In this document: piece by piece, positions 8,841 through 17,320 of the stretch
How positions within the stretch are numbered: position 1 is the first letter of the stretch
How the letters are laid out: every line of letters starts with the position of its first letter
NCBI GenBank assembly: GCA_018828825.1
Contig: JAHJUV010000090.1
Span: forward strand, 1 to 55,092
From: Planctomycetota bacterium
GTDB lineage: Bacteria > Planctomycetota > Phycisphaerae > Sedimentisphaerales > UBA12454
Length of the DNA: 55,092 nucleotides
Reading direction: 5' to 3'
Position numbers and translations under genes: made by a program
Notes under the pieces: model-generated
The model's input: the letters and a program-made list of their open reading frames with translations, nothing else
What the model was told of the DNA's origin: nothing
Database searches by the model: none

Positions 8841-9329
8841 TTAAAGACAGGCAATAGTTTTTTGCGGTTTATTAAAATTTTTCGTTTTCAGTAATTTCTC
8901 GACAAAATCAACTGCTTTTTCCAGATTAGCCTTTGCTTTTTCTGAAATCAGCGAGCCGAAGTCGTCAAATTCATATCCGCGAATACCGAGAATGTATCCT
9001 GCAGCTTTCGAATTGAACAGATTTTCAGCAAGAGCCAAAACCTGGGCAGGTTCGACGCTGTGACTTGAAAAACTATCGTATTCTTTTGCCTCAATAGTTT
9101 CAAAACTGAAAGGCTCAGCACCATTTATCGAGGCATCGGCAAAAATAACAATATTATGCTCGGCAACCTGGGCGGAATCTTCGATTGTAAGCTGATAATC
9201 AGCATCGACGGTAACACCGGAAATATTTTTCGCTTCAATAGCTTCGGCAAGGGCAGGGCCAAGGCCGTCATCGGCTCTTGCCGGGTTGCCAAAACCAATC
9301 AACAGTATTTTCTCAGGTTTAACCGTCAT
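8841..9329 (-). CDS. hoxW: [NiFe]-hydrogenase maturation endopeptidase
   Basis: GFGNPARADDGLG, FADA and SSHS motifs of the HycI/HoxW family. Overlaps the hoxH stop by ATGA. Confidence 0.85.
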   Translation of the reverse strand: MTVKPEKILLIGFGNPARADDGLGPALAEAIEAKNISGVTVDADYQLTIEDSAQVAEHNIVIFADASINGAEPFSFETIEAKEYDSFSSHSVEPAQVLALAENLFNSKAAGYILGIRGYEFDDFGSLISEKAKANLEKAVDFVEKLLKTKNFNKPQKTIACL

Positions 9330-10756
9330 TCTTTCGTCTTGCTTGCTATCTCATTGCCCTGATAATCGAAAAGCGTAACTTTCAAAGGCATTTTTCCCAT
9401 TGCGTGTGTAGCACAGGACAAACACGGGTCATAGGCCCTTATCGCGACTTCGATATGATTCAAAAGCCCTTCGGTAATTTCCGGCACGCCGTCGATATGG
9501 TCTGCCACGACCTTCTGAATAGCTCTGTTAAACGGCTCATTATTGTTCGTTGTCGATACGATAAGGTTTGCCATAACAATCTGGTCGTTATCGTTAATTT
9601 TGTAGTGATGGAACAATGTGCCTCTTGGCGCTTCGAGAAGGCCGACGCCTTCATTTCTTCGCTCGCCCTTTACCACAAGGTCAGTTCCTTGCAGGTCCGG
9701 GTCGTTCAGAAGCTCATTTATTTTCTCTATCGAGTGCAGAATTTCAATCATTCTTGCCCAATGATAGGCCATTGTAATGTTGTTCGGCTTTCCGTTGGTA
9801 ACAGCCATAAATTCTTTTCTTGCCGCTTCGGCTTCGGGGGTATCGATAAAATCACAGGTATTTATTCTCGCAAGCGGTCCTACCCGGTACCAGCCATTTT
9901 GCGGGCCGAGCGATTTAATGAATGGAAACTTCATATAAGACCACGATTTTACTTCTTCGCTAATGTAATCGAGGTAGTTTGTATAATCGACCTGGTCGAA
10001 TATTTTTTTGCCATCAGCCGTAATTGCTCGCAGGTTGCCGTGATAAAGGTCCATTGCGCCGTCGCTGCGAACAAGACTCAAATGATTTGAGTCGAAAGAC
10101 GCGAACGGTTTAAGCTTTTCGAGGTTCTTAACCGTATAGTCTTTTGCGATATTCAATGCGCTTCTCGACCAGTCGAACATCTGCTTGATATCTTTAAGGA
10201 AAACATCTCTTTCAGTGATTGAAAGGTTTTTATTTATTCCGCCCGGTATGGCTCCTGTACCGTGGATTTTTTTTCCGGCCGTTGCCTTAATAATTTCCTG
10301 GCCGTATTTTCTCATCATAACGCCCTGAACGGCAAGTTCGGGATATTTAGCGGCGACACCTATAATATTTCTGATTTTCGGGTCCGCGTCAAAGCCGAAA
10401 AGCAAATCCGGCGAACAGAGATGGAAGAAATGCAGAGCATGCGATTGGAACATCTGTCCATAGTGCATCAAGCGGCGCATTTTTTCAGCCGTTGGCGTCA
10501 ATTTGTCAACGCCGACGATTTGATCCATTGCTTTTGCCGCTGCCAAATGATGGCTGACCGGGCAAATTCCGCAAAGTCTTTGGACAATTACGGGCATTTC
10601 CCAGTAGGGCCTGCCCTGAATGAATCTTTCAAAGCCGCGGAATTCAACTACGTGAAACCTTGCCTGCGTTATCTTGTTGTTTTCATCCAGCAGTAGGGAA
10701 ACTCTGCCGTGGCCTTCAACTCTGGTTACCGGTTCTATTATGACTCTTTTACTCAT
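9326..10756 (-). CDS. hoxH: [NiFe]-hydrogenase large subunit, NAD-linked bidirectional (group 3d-like)
   Basis: N-terminal RLCGICPVSH and C-terminal DPCLSCATH nickel-binding motifs. A 25-aa extension follows the His and would be the HoxW cleavage substrate. Confidence 0.9.
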   Translation of the reverse strand: MSKRVIIEPVTRVEGHGRVSLLLDENNKITQARFHVVEFRGFERFIQGRPYWEMPVIVQRLCGICPVSHHLAAAKAMDQIVGVDKLTPTAEKMRRLMHYGQMFQSHALHFFHLCSPDLLFGFDADPKIRNIIGVAAKYPELAVQGVMMRKYGQEIIKATAGKKIHGTGAIPGGINKNLSITERDVFLKDIKQMFDWSRSALNIAKDYTVKNLEKLKPFASFDSNHLSLVRSDGAMDLYHGNLRAITADGKKIFDQVDYTNYLDYISEEVKSWSYMKFPFIKSLGPQNGWYRVGPLARINTCDFIDTPEAEAARKEFMAVTNGKPNNITMAYHWARMIEILHSIEKINELLNDPDLQGTDLVVKGERRNEGVGLLEAPRGTLFHHYKINDNDQIVMANLIVSTTNNNEPFNRAIQKVVADHIDGVPEITEGLLNHIEVAIRAYDPCLSCATHAMGKMPLKVTLFDYQGNEIASKTKE

Positions 10757-10774
10757 TTATTACTCCGAAACGAA

Positions 10775-11320
10775 TCAATCGTATTTTATTAGTTCATAAG
10801 GCAATTCAAGAGGTTTGTTATTCAAAAGCGCTACAAGGGCCTGCCAAATTGTATCGGCGCCAGGCGGACAGCCCGGCAGCGAATAATCAATTTTTACGAC
10901 CTCGTGACACGGATAGACCCTGTCGAGACACAGCGGTAATTCCTTGTCATTTGGCATAACTTTTTCCGGATTGTGAATGCTCGGCCCGTTAAGATACGCT
11001 TCCTCGAGGCATTCTTTCAGCGGGATATTGTTTCTCATCGCAGGTATATCGCCCATTATGGCACAATCACCGACGGCAACGAGAATGTCGCAATGCTTGC
11101 GGAATTCCTGAAGAACGTGAACGTTATCTTCGTTCGCGCATCCGCCCTCAATTAGGCCGATGGCGCATCTGCCGGTGAATTCCTTTATGTCGTCAATAGG
11201 AGATTTGTCGAAATCAACAAGCTCAATGAGCTTAAGAATCCGCTCGTCAATATCGAGAAGCGACATATGGCAGCCGAAACAGCCTGCCAGCGATGTTGTT
11301 GCGATTTTCGGTTTTGACAT
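10775..11320 (-). CDS. hoxY: [NiFe]-hydrogenase small subunit (short, group 3 type)
   Basis: 181 aa with the Cys motifs CFGCHMS, GDC and PGCPP. Positioned directly upstream of hoxH. Confidence 0.85.
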   Translation of the reverse strand: MSKPKIATTSLAGCFGCHMSLLDIDERILKLIELVDFDKSPIDDIKEFTGRCAIGLIEGGCANEDNVHVLQEFRKHCDILVAVGDCAIMGDIPAMRNNIPLKECLEEAYLNGPSIHNPEKVMPNDKELPLCLDRVYPCHEVVKIDYSLPGCPPGADTIWQALVALLNNKPLELPYELIKYD

Positions 11321-11347
11321 TTTTATATATCCTTGTAATTTTTACTT

Positions 11348-12055
11348 TTATTTTTTGCGTTCTTCTATTTCCGAGCCAATCGGCTTTGTGTCGTATAATC
11401 TTTTTCCTATCGGAGTTGAGAATGCGGTGCGTTTTTTGTTTATTGCACCGACAGGACAAACGTCCGCGGCCTTATCAGTTGCGGCAAAGTCGGTATCCTT
11501 AAGGTCTGCCTCGGCGTTAACCGCTATTTTCTTTTCAATGCCTCGACCGACAAATTCAAAAACGCCTTTGTGGTCGACATCTCTCGAAGCCTCTACACAT
11601 CTGCCGCACAAAATGCACCTGTTAAGGTCGAGGAATATATCGGGATGTGTGGAATCGACATCTTTTTTCGGGAAGAAATAAGGATACTTCGGAGACAGGA
11701 TTCCGAGCCTGTAAGCTAATGCCTGCAGTTCGCAATTGCCGCTCTTCTCGCAGAACATACAAAAATGATTACCTTCGATAAAAAGCATATCGATAATATT
11801 GCGTCTGCTTTCCTTAAGTTCCGGCGTGTCGTTCTCAACGGTCATTCCCTCGGCAATCGGCTGGGTGCAGGCGGCCTGCGGTTTACCATTAACAAATACG
11901 GTACATACCCTGCAACTTCCGCGGGGAGGCAGATCCGGATGACGACACAACCGTGGTATATATATACCGGCCTCGTCAGCGGCCTGCATAATAGTCTGAC
12001 CCGCTTTGTCTTTTATTTCAACGCCATCAATTGTAAAAGTTATCTGTTCGCTCAT
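11348..12055 (-). CDS. hoxU: hydrogenase diaphorase subunit, NuoG-N-terminal-like Fe-S protein
   Basis: [2Fe-2S] ferredoxin N-terminus (CRH...CRVC...C) and the 4Fe-4S motifs HFCMFCEKSGNC and CILCGRC. Confidence 0.85.
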   Translation of the reverse strand: MSEQITFTIDGVEIKDKAGQTIMQAADEAGIYIPRLCRHPDLPPRGSCRVCTVFVNGKPQAACTQPIAEGMTVENDTPELKESRRNIIDMLFIEGNHFCMFCEKSGNCELQALAYRLGILSPKYPYFFPKKDVDSTHPDIFLDLNRCILCGRCVEASRDVDHKGVFEFVGRGIEKKIAVNAEADLKDTDFAATDKAADVCPVGAINKKRTAFSTPIGKRLYDTKPIGSEIEERKK

Positions 12056-12061
12056 TGTTTA

Positions 12062-12162
12062 CCCCCACACCAATGTAATAAGTTTTGAATACCTCTTTTT
12101 AATCTCGTTTCCATTTTTTTCCCTTAAAAGTTTTCCCCTGCACCAAAACATTGGTGTGGGGG
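12062..12162. repeat. 101-bp MITE-like element with 15-bp perfect terminal inverted repeats (cccccacaccaatgt / acattggtgtggggg)
   Basis: TIRs read directly. AT-rich interior. Fills the hoxF-hoxU gap. A second copy with the same termini lies at 33701-33805. Confidence 0.7.
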
Positions 12163-12191
12163 TTTATCCTCCATTAGGAGTCCCTATGACT

Positions 12192-14009
12192 TTATTTTGT
12201 AAACATTACCGATTGACGGTTTGCGATTTTTTCCGCATCTGCCAGTGCTTTTCTGATATCAAATGTCGGCTGCATACCGTCAGGAGATTTTTTGACTTTC
12301 TTTTCATAACTTTGACGGAAATTTTTCAGGGTAGTTAATACCGGATTCGGCGAAGTTTGCCCAAGACCGCATCGGCTGGTCGTTTTTATGCTTTCGCCAA
12401 GTTCCTGCAATGCATCGAGGTCCTGCGGTTCGCCTTTGCCTGCGAGGATTTTATCGAGGTGTTTTTTCAGCAGTACATTGCCCACCCTGCACGGTGTGCA
12501 ATAGCCGCAGTTTTCCTCAACAAAGAATTCCATATACTCGGTGGCAATCTCTACCATGTCTCTTTCCGAGCCGAATACGATAACCGCTCCGCCTGTTGCC
12601 AAATCGTCATAGCAGATTGTTCTGTTATAATCATTTGGGCCGATTATCTGGCCGCTTGGTCCGCCGACAAGTACTGCCTGAGCATCTTCGGCTCCGACTT
12701 CTTTCAGCAGGTCTTTCACTTTTATTCCGAACGGCAGTTCATAAACGCCCGGCTGTTTGCAATCGCCGGAAACGCTAAGAAGTTTTGTGCCCGGACTGCC
12801 TTTTGAGCCTGTTTCGGCAAACCACGCAGCGCCCATTTCAAGTATTCTTGTTGCACAGCATAATGTCTCGACATTGTTCACCGCTGTCGGATAGCCCAGA
12901 TAGCCTTTTTGTACCGGGAACGGCGGCCTTGTTTTCGGGTCGCCTCTCAATCCTTCGCAGGAGCTTATCAGAGCGGTTTCTTCTCCGCAGATATAGGCGC
13001 CTGCTCCCATTTGGATTGTAATATCGAAATTAAAACCTTTTTTACCGAGGATGTCTTTGCCGAGAAGGTTTTTGTATCTTCTATCCTTCAAAATCTTTTC
13101 AAGCAGCTTTATCAGGTAGGCGTATTCGCCCCGCAGGTAAAGAATACCGGCCTGTGCGCCGATTGCGTAACCGCCGATAGCCATACCCTCGAAGAGCATA
13201 TCTGCCCGTTCCGTAAGGATGACTCTGTCCTTGAATGTACCGGGTTCGCCTTCATCGGCATTACAGAGGATAAATTTTTTCTCGCCTACTGCCGCCCGTG
13301 TAAACTGCCATTTCATTCCAGTAGGGAACCCTGCGCCGCCTCTGCCGCGAAGCCTTGCTGCTTTTACCACGTTGATAATCTCAACCGGACTTACAGCAAG
13401 TGCGTTTTTCAGTCCTGCCTTGCTTTTATAATCGGCAAAGATGACCGGGCCTTTTTTCCTTAGGCCATTGTGTACGCACGAATGAACAAGCTCATCAGCG
13501 TTATTGCCGTCGCCGAGACGATGTTTGAGTTTTGACGGGTCATAATGCTTTTTAATATCAGCGACAATTTCTTTTACCTTATCGGTGGAAAGATATGTAA
13601 TGACTTCATCATTAATAAGTGCCGCCGGTGCCTGGTCGCACATTCCGATACAGGGCGTATATTCGAGCGTTATTTTACCGTCGGTTGTTGTCTGGCCGAA
13701 ATCGATGCTGAGTTCTTTTTTGAATGCATCAGCTACGGCACCAACGCCTGCCATTTTATCGACGACGTCGTTGCACAGCCGAATAATAACTTTGCCTTTG
13801 GGGTTTTTTGACAAAAAGGTGTAGAACGATACGATGCCTTCAACCTCGACACGATGGCAGTTAACGAATTTTGCGATAATATCCATCGCTTCGCTGCTGA
13901 CCTGGCCGAATTTCTCCTGTACGGCCCGGACAATATCCATCATTTTCGTTCGGTCATTGCCGCTGCCCTGGCAAATCGCTTTGATTTCTGACTGAAGATT
14001 TTCACTCAT
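12192..14009 (-). CDS. hoxF: hydrogenase diaphorase subunit, NuoF-like FMN/NAD(H)-binding with fused N-terminal NuoE-like domain
   Basis: GRGGAGFPTG, GEPGTFKDR and the CGYCTPCRVG 4Fe-4S motif. The N-terminal ~165 aa are thioredoxin-like and NuoE-type (...CIGMCDQAP). Confidence 0.9.
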   Translation of the reverse strand: MSENLQSEIKAICQGSGNDRTKMMDIVRAVQEKFGQVSSEAMDIIAKFVNCHRVEVEGIVSFYTFLSKNPKGKVIIRLCNDVVDKMAGVGAVADAFKKELSIDFGQTTTDGKITLEYTPCIGMCDQAPAALINDEVITYLSTDKVKEIVADIKKHYDPSKLKHRLGDGNNADELVHSCVHNGLRKKGPVIFADYKSKAGLKNALAVSPVEIINVVKAARLRGRGGAGFPTGMKWQFTRAAVGEKKFILCNADEGEPGTFKDRVILTERADMLFEGMAIGGYAIGAQAGILYLRGEYAYLIKLLEKILKDRRYKNLLGKDILGKKGFNFDITIQMGAGAYICGEETALISSCEGLRGDPKTRPPFPVQKGYLGYPTAVNNVETLCCATRILEMGAAWFAETGSKGSPGTKLLSVSGDCKQPGVYELPFGIKVKDLLKEVGAEDAQAVLVGGPSGQIIGPNDYNRTICYDDLATGGAVIVFGSERDMVEIATEYMEFFVEENCGYCTPCRVGNVLLKKHLDKILAGKGEPQDLDALQELGESIKTTSRCGLGQTSPNPVLTTLKNFRQSYEKKVKKSPDGMQPTFDIRKALADAEKIANRQSVMFTK

Positions 14010-14188
14010 ATTTTACCTCATAATTACCTTTAATAACTCCCCCTGATGTTTTTCGCCCGGAGCCAAAACAAGCAGTATAGTGCTTTTATGAACGAGTGTC
14101 TATGAAAGAAACCGAATATGAAAGGTCAAAAAAGAAAAATTGCATACCTAAAAGGCCTTGTATATAATTCGGAGACTGTAATGACGAT

Positions 14189-14222
14189 GTTTTTCACAAC
14201 AATCACAATTGTTGTGAAAAAC
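14189..14222. promoter_or_regulatory. perfect 15-bp-arm palindrome (gtttttcacaacaat-caca-attgttgtgaaaaac) 33 nt upstream of metXW
   Basis: Read directly. No flanking U-tract on either strand, so it is an operator or 5'-UTR hairpin candidate rather than a terminator. Confidence 0.4.
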
Positions 14223-14254
14223 AGGCAAAAAAATGATGTAAGGTTGAGTGTGCT

Positions 14255-16003
14255 ATGGCCGAAAAGCAAGCAGGTTCAGTGGGTATTGTTGAGACCAGGA
14301 CCATACGGGTCGTTCATGCGGACGATGCCTTCAAGCTGGTCAGCGGTAAGACCCTCAGTCCGATAGATGTGGCCTATGAGACTTACGGCAAATTGACCCC
14401 TGCCGGTGATAATGCCGTGCTTATTTGCCACGCCCTCAGCGGCAGCGCACATGCCGCCGGTCTCAGCAGTACCGACGACAAAAAGCCCGGCTGGTGGGAT
14501 ATTATGCTCGGGCCCGGCAAGGCGATTGATACAGACAAATATTATGTAATATGCTCTAATTTTTTAGGCGGATGCAGCGGCACAACCGGGCCGTCAAGCA
14601 TAAATTCGCGAACTGAAAAGCCTTATAGCCTTGACTTTCCGATGATAACAATTGCCGATATGGTAAAGGTTCAAAAGCTGCTGCTGGACAAGCTCGGCAT
14701 AAAACAGCTTTTAAGTGTCGTCGGTGGTTCGATGGGCGGAATGCAGGTTCTGCAATGGGCCATTGAATATCCTGAGTTTGTAAAATCGGCGATTGTAATT
14801 GCCGCCACTGCAAGACTCGGCCCACAGGCAATCGCCTTCGATGCGGTCGGCAGAAACGCCATTCTCGCCGACCCTAAAAAAGGTCTTGCTACCGCAAGGA
14901 TGGTAGGGCATATAACCTATCTTTCGAAGGAAAGTATGAGGGAAAAATTCGGCAGAGTCCTCAAAAGCGCCGACAAATACAGTTATGATTTCAGTTCCGA
15001 GTTTTCAATCGAAACTTATCTCGACTACCAGGGCCAGAGTTTTATCGAGCGATTCGATGCCAATAGTTATCTGTACATAACCAAGGCGATGGATTATTTC
15101 GACCTTGAAAGAGATTACGGCTCACTGGCTCAGGCATTTGCGAAGACTAAATCGAGATTTTTGGTAGTTAGCTTTACCAGCGACTGGCTTTTTACTCCCG
15201 CTCAATCGGAAGAGATGGTAAATGCCCTCATCGCCCAGCGAAAATCTGTCAGTTACTGCAATATTTTTTTGCCTTACGGCCACGACGCTTTTCTGCTCGA
15301 ACCGGAAACTCTCGGCAGCCTGATTGGAGGTTTTCTTTCGACAACCATCGCAAAACCGAAATTTGACAAGGCTTCAAAACTTTCAAGCGTAAAGGGCGTT
15401 GACAGGGCAAGAAGACTTCGTGTCGATTATGAGCTTATAGAATCGCTTATCAAGCCCAGCAGCAGGGTTCTTGACGTCGGCTGCGGAGATGGGCAACTGC
15501 TTCTTAGCCTGCAGCATGATAAAAATATTGAGGCTGAAGGCATCGAGGTTGACCAGAAGCTGATTTCGCAGTGTGTGAACAACGGCCTTGATATTATTCA
15601 AAGGGATATTGAGCGGGGTCTTGAGCTTTATCCGGACAACAGCTTTGATTACGCGATTTTGTCGCAGACTCTGCAAACACTCAAAAATCCGCATCTGGTC
15701 TTTGCCGAGCTTTTAAGAGTAGCGGGCAAAGTTGTCGTAAGTTTTCCAAACTTCGCATATTGGCGGTGCAGGGCGGAACTGTTCTTCGGCGGCAGGGCGC
15801 CTCGTACAAAACAACTTCCTTTTAGATGGTACGACACTCCGAATATACATTTTATGTCGCTAAAGGATTTCGATGATTTCTGCGAAGAAATCGGCGCAAA
15901 AATTGAGGCAAAAATTCCACTTATCGGCAACCGCCGAAGTCCTGTAAAATTCGCTCCCAATATTTTTGCCGAGCAGGCTATTTATCTGACAAGCCGAAAA
16001 TGA
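14255..16003 (+). CDS. metX: homoserine O-acetyltransferase MetX fused to MetW
   Basis: N-terminal ~375 aa alpha/beta hydrolase with the GGSMGGMQ nucleophile elbow. C-terminal ~200 aa (from about nt 15407) are MetW-like: VLDVGCGDGQLL, LSQTLQ, SFPNFAYW and WYDTPNIHF. Confidence 0.9.
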   Translation: MAEKQAGSVGIVETRTIRVVHADDAFKLVSGKTLSPIDVAYETYGKLTPAGDNAVLICHALSGSAHAAGLSSTDDKKPGWWDIMLGPGKAIDTDKYYVICSNFLGGCSGTTGPSSINSRTEKPYSLDFPMITIADMVKVQKLLLDKLGIKQLLSVVGGSMGGMQVLQWAIEYPEFVKSAIVIAATARLGPQAIAFDAVGRNAILADPKKGLATARMVGHITYLSKESMREKFGRVLKSADKYSYDFSSEFSIETYLDYQGQSFIERFDANSYLYITKAMDYFDLERDYGSLAQAFAKTKSRFLVVSFTSDWLFTPAQSEEMVNALIAQRKSVSYCNIFLPYGHDAFLLEPETLGSLIGGFLSTTIAKPKFDKASKLSSVKGVDRARRLRVDYELIESLIKPSSRVLDVGCGDGQLLLSLQHDKNIEAEGIEVDQKLISQCVNNGLDIIQRDIERGLELYPDNSFDYAILSQTLQTLKNPHLVFAELLRVAGKVVVSFPNFAYWRCRAELFFGGRAPRTKQLPFRWYDTPNIHFMSLKDFDDFCEEIGAKIEAKIPLIGNRRSPVKFAPNIFAEQAIYLTSRK

Positions 16004-16021
16004 CAAAAAATTTCAAATTTT

Positions 16022-16049
16022 GTCATTGCGAGCAAAGCGAAGCAATCTC
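16022..16049. repeat. member of the gtcattgcgag...gcaatctc dispersed repeat family
   Basis: gtcattgcgagcaaagcgaagcaatctc. Related copies lie at 29997-30050 (reverse orientation) and 54391-54429. Confidence 0.6.
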
Positions 16050-16057
16050 ATACCGTT

Positions 16058-17074
16058 TTAACCACCGATATATTCGTTGCCGACCTTTCTTGCTCTCTGG
16101 GGCTTATCGAGATTGATTCCCAGGCTTACACCCACTTCAACGAGGATATTCCACCCGGCAGCAAGATATATGTAATTGCTCAATTCGCCTATATCGGGAA
16201 CTGTAATTGTCGGGAAGATAGTCTCTTCATCGCTGACAGCAAATACTTTTAACCCTACTCCATCAACGAGCGTCTGTTTTATCTTTTCATACTCGCTCTT
16301 GAACGGGTCAATCAGGATAACAACATCGTTGGCGTTCATTACTTCTTCTACGCCGTGGACGGCATAAGTGCCTTCGAGATAATCGCTTTTCTTGCGGGTA
16401 ATCTCGTTTGTCTTAAGCGTCAGTTCTTCAGCAACACCGTCGTTTTTGCCCGCGAAGTAAATTGTTCCCGCCGATGCTATTGTATCAACGATTTTTTTAT
16501 CTATCGGCATTGTCAAAGCCGCAGCGAAGGCATCGGCGAGCTGGGACAATTTTTTATCGAGCGATGCCCCCTGGATAACCGACAGCAGTTCCTGATAGAA
16601 GAGAGCTTGTTCGGCGACGCTTTTTGTAGCGGCCACAGCCTGCTCTTTTTCGCATTTAAGAATAAAGGTCTCTTGTGCGATAGATTCGAGCTTTGTATTT
16701 TTATTTGCGGTAAGCGCAAACAGGTTCTTGTGATTTATCTTATTAAGTCTTTCGAACAGGCGGATAACTTCTTTGGTCTGGCCGCTGTTGGATGCGCCGA
16801 ATACGACGAAATCGGAAAGGTCATAGCTGTACGCCTGCAGGCCGCCTTCTGTTGCCAGGTTAAGATTTATACCGGCCCTTCGTGCACAATACATCGCGTT
16901 TTTGGCCGGGAAAATCCTGCTTGAGCCTTCGCCTGTAAAGAAAAGTTTGCCTTTTTCTTTGATTGCACTGATGACTTTTTCGGTGTTTTCAAGCTTGAAT
17001 TTTCGCAGAATTTCGGGAGTTTGCAGCATTTCGCGGGTAAGGGCAAATTGTGAGTATTTGGCGTCGGTGTTCAT
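16058..17074 (-). CDS. SIS-domain sugar-phosphate isomerase/deaminase family protein (GlmS-C/AgaS/FrlB-like, two SIS domains)
   Basis: 338 aa with FFTGEGSS and GASNSGQTKE SIS motifs in the first half and a second SIS-like half. No glutaminase domain. Confidence 0.7.
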   Translation of the reverse strand: MNTDAKYSQFALTREMLQTPEILRKFKLENTEKVISAIKEKGKLFFTGEGSSRIFPAKNAMYCARRAGINLNLATEGGLQAYSYDLSDFVVFGASNSGQTKEVIRLFERLNKINHKNLFALTANKNTKLESIAQETFILKCEKEQAVAATKSVAEQALFYQELLSVIQGASLDKKLSQLADAFAAALTMPIDKKIVDTIASAGTIYFAGKNDGVAEELTLKTNEITRKKSDYLEGTYAVHGVEEVMNANDVVILIDPFKSEYEKIKQTLVDGVGLKVFAVSDEETIFPTITVPDIGELSNYIYLAAGWNILVEVGVSLGINLDKPQRARKVGNEYIGG

Positions 17075-17269
17075 TTTTTTCCTCCATTATTTAGACAGAA
17101 TTAGTTTTTGTAATCTTTTCCACAGAAAATTATAAGGGCATATTGTACTCATTTTTGTGACAAAGTCCACACTTTATTGTTCTTTCGTAATACTACGGGT
17201 TTTAACCCGTAATAGTTTACTTTTACTAAAAATTAACCCCGGCGTATTAGCGGAAAACCAGCGTTTAAT

Positions 17270-17305
17270 AAAAAAGCCCTCGTTTTTGACGAGGGCTTTG
17301 TGTTT
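17270..17305 (-). terminator. rho-independent terminator downstream of the giant beta-helix gene
   Basis: On the minus strand, aaagccctcg-tcaaaaa-cgagggcttt is followed by ttttatt. It lies 16 nt after the stop at 17321. Confidence 0.75.
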
Positions 17306-17320
17306 TTACTTGTGTTAATA

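Noticed and set aside
9326-10756. Selenocysteine ([NiFeSe]) version of the hydrogenase large subunit
   Set aside because: The C-terminal motif is DPCLSCATH with ordinary Cys codons, and there is no in-frame TGA.
14010-14254. SAM riboswitch upstream of metXW
   Set aside because: No SAM-I, SAM-II or SAM-V core motifs could be recognised by eye. Only the AT-rich palindrome at 14189-14222 stands out. A covariance-model scan would be needed to exclude a divergent class.
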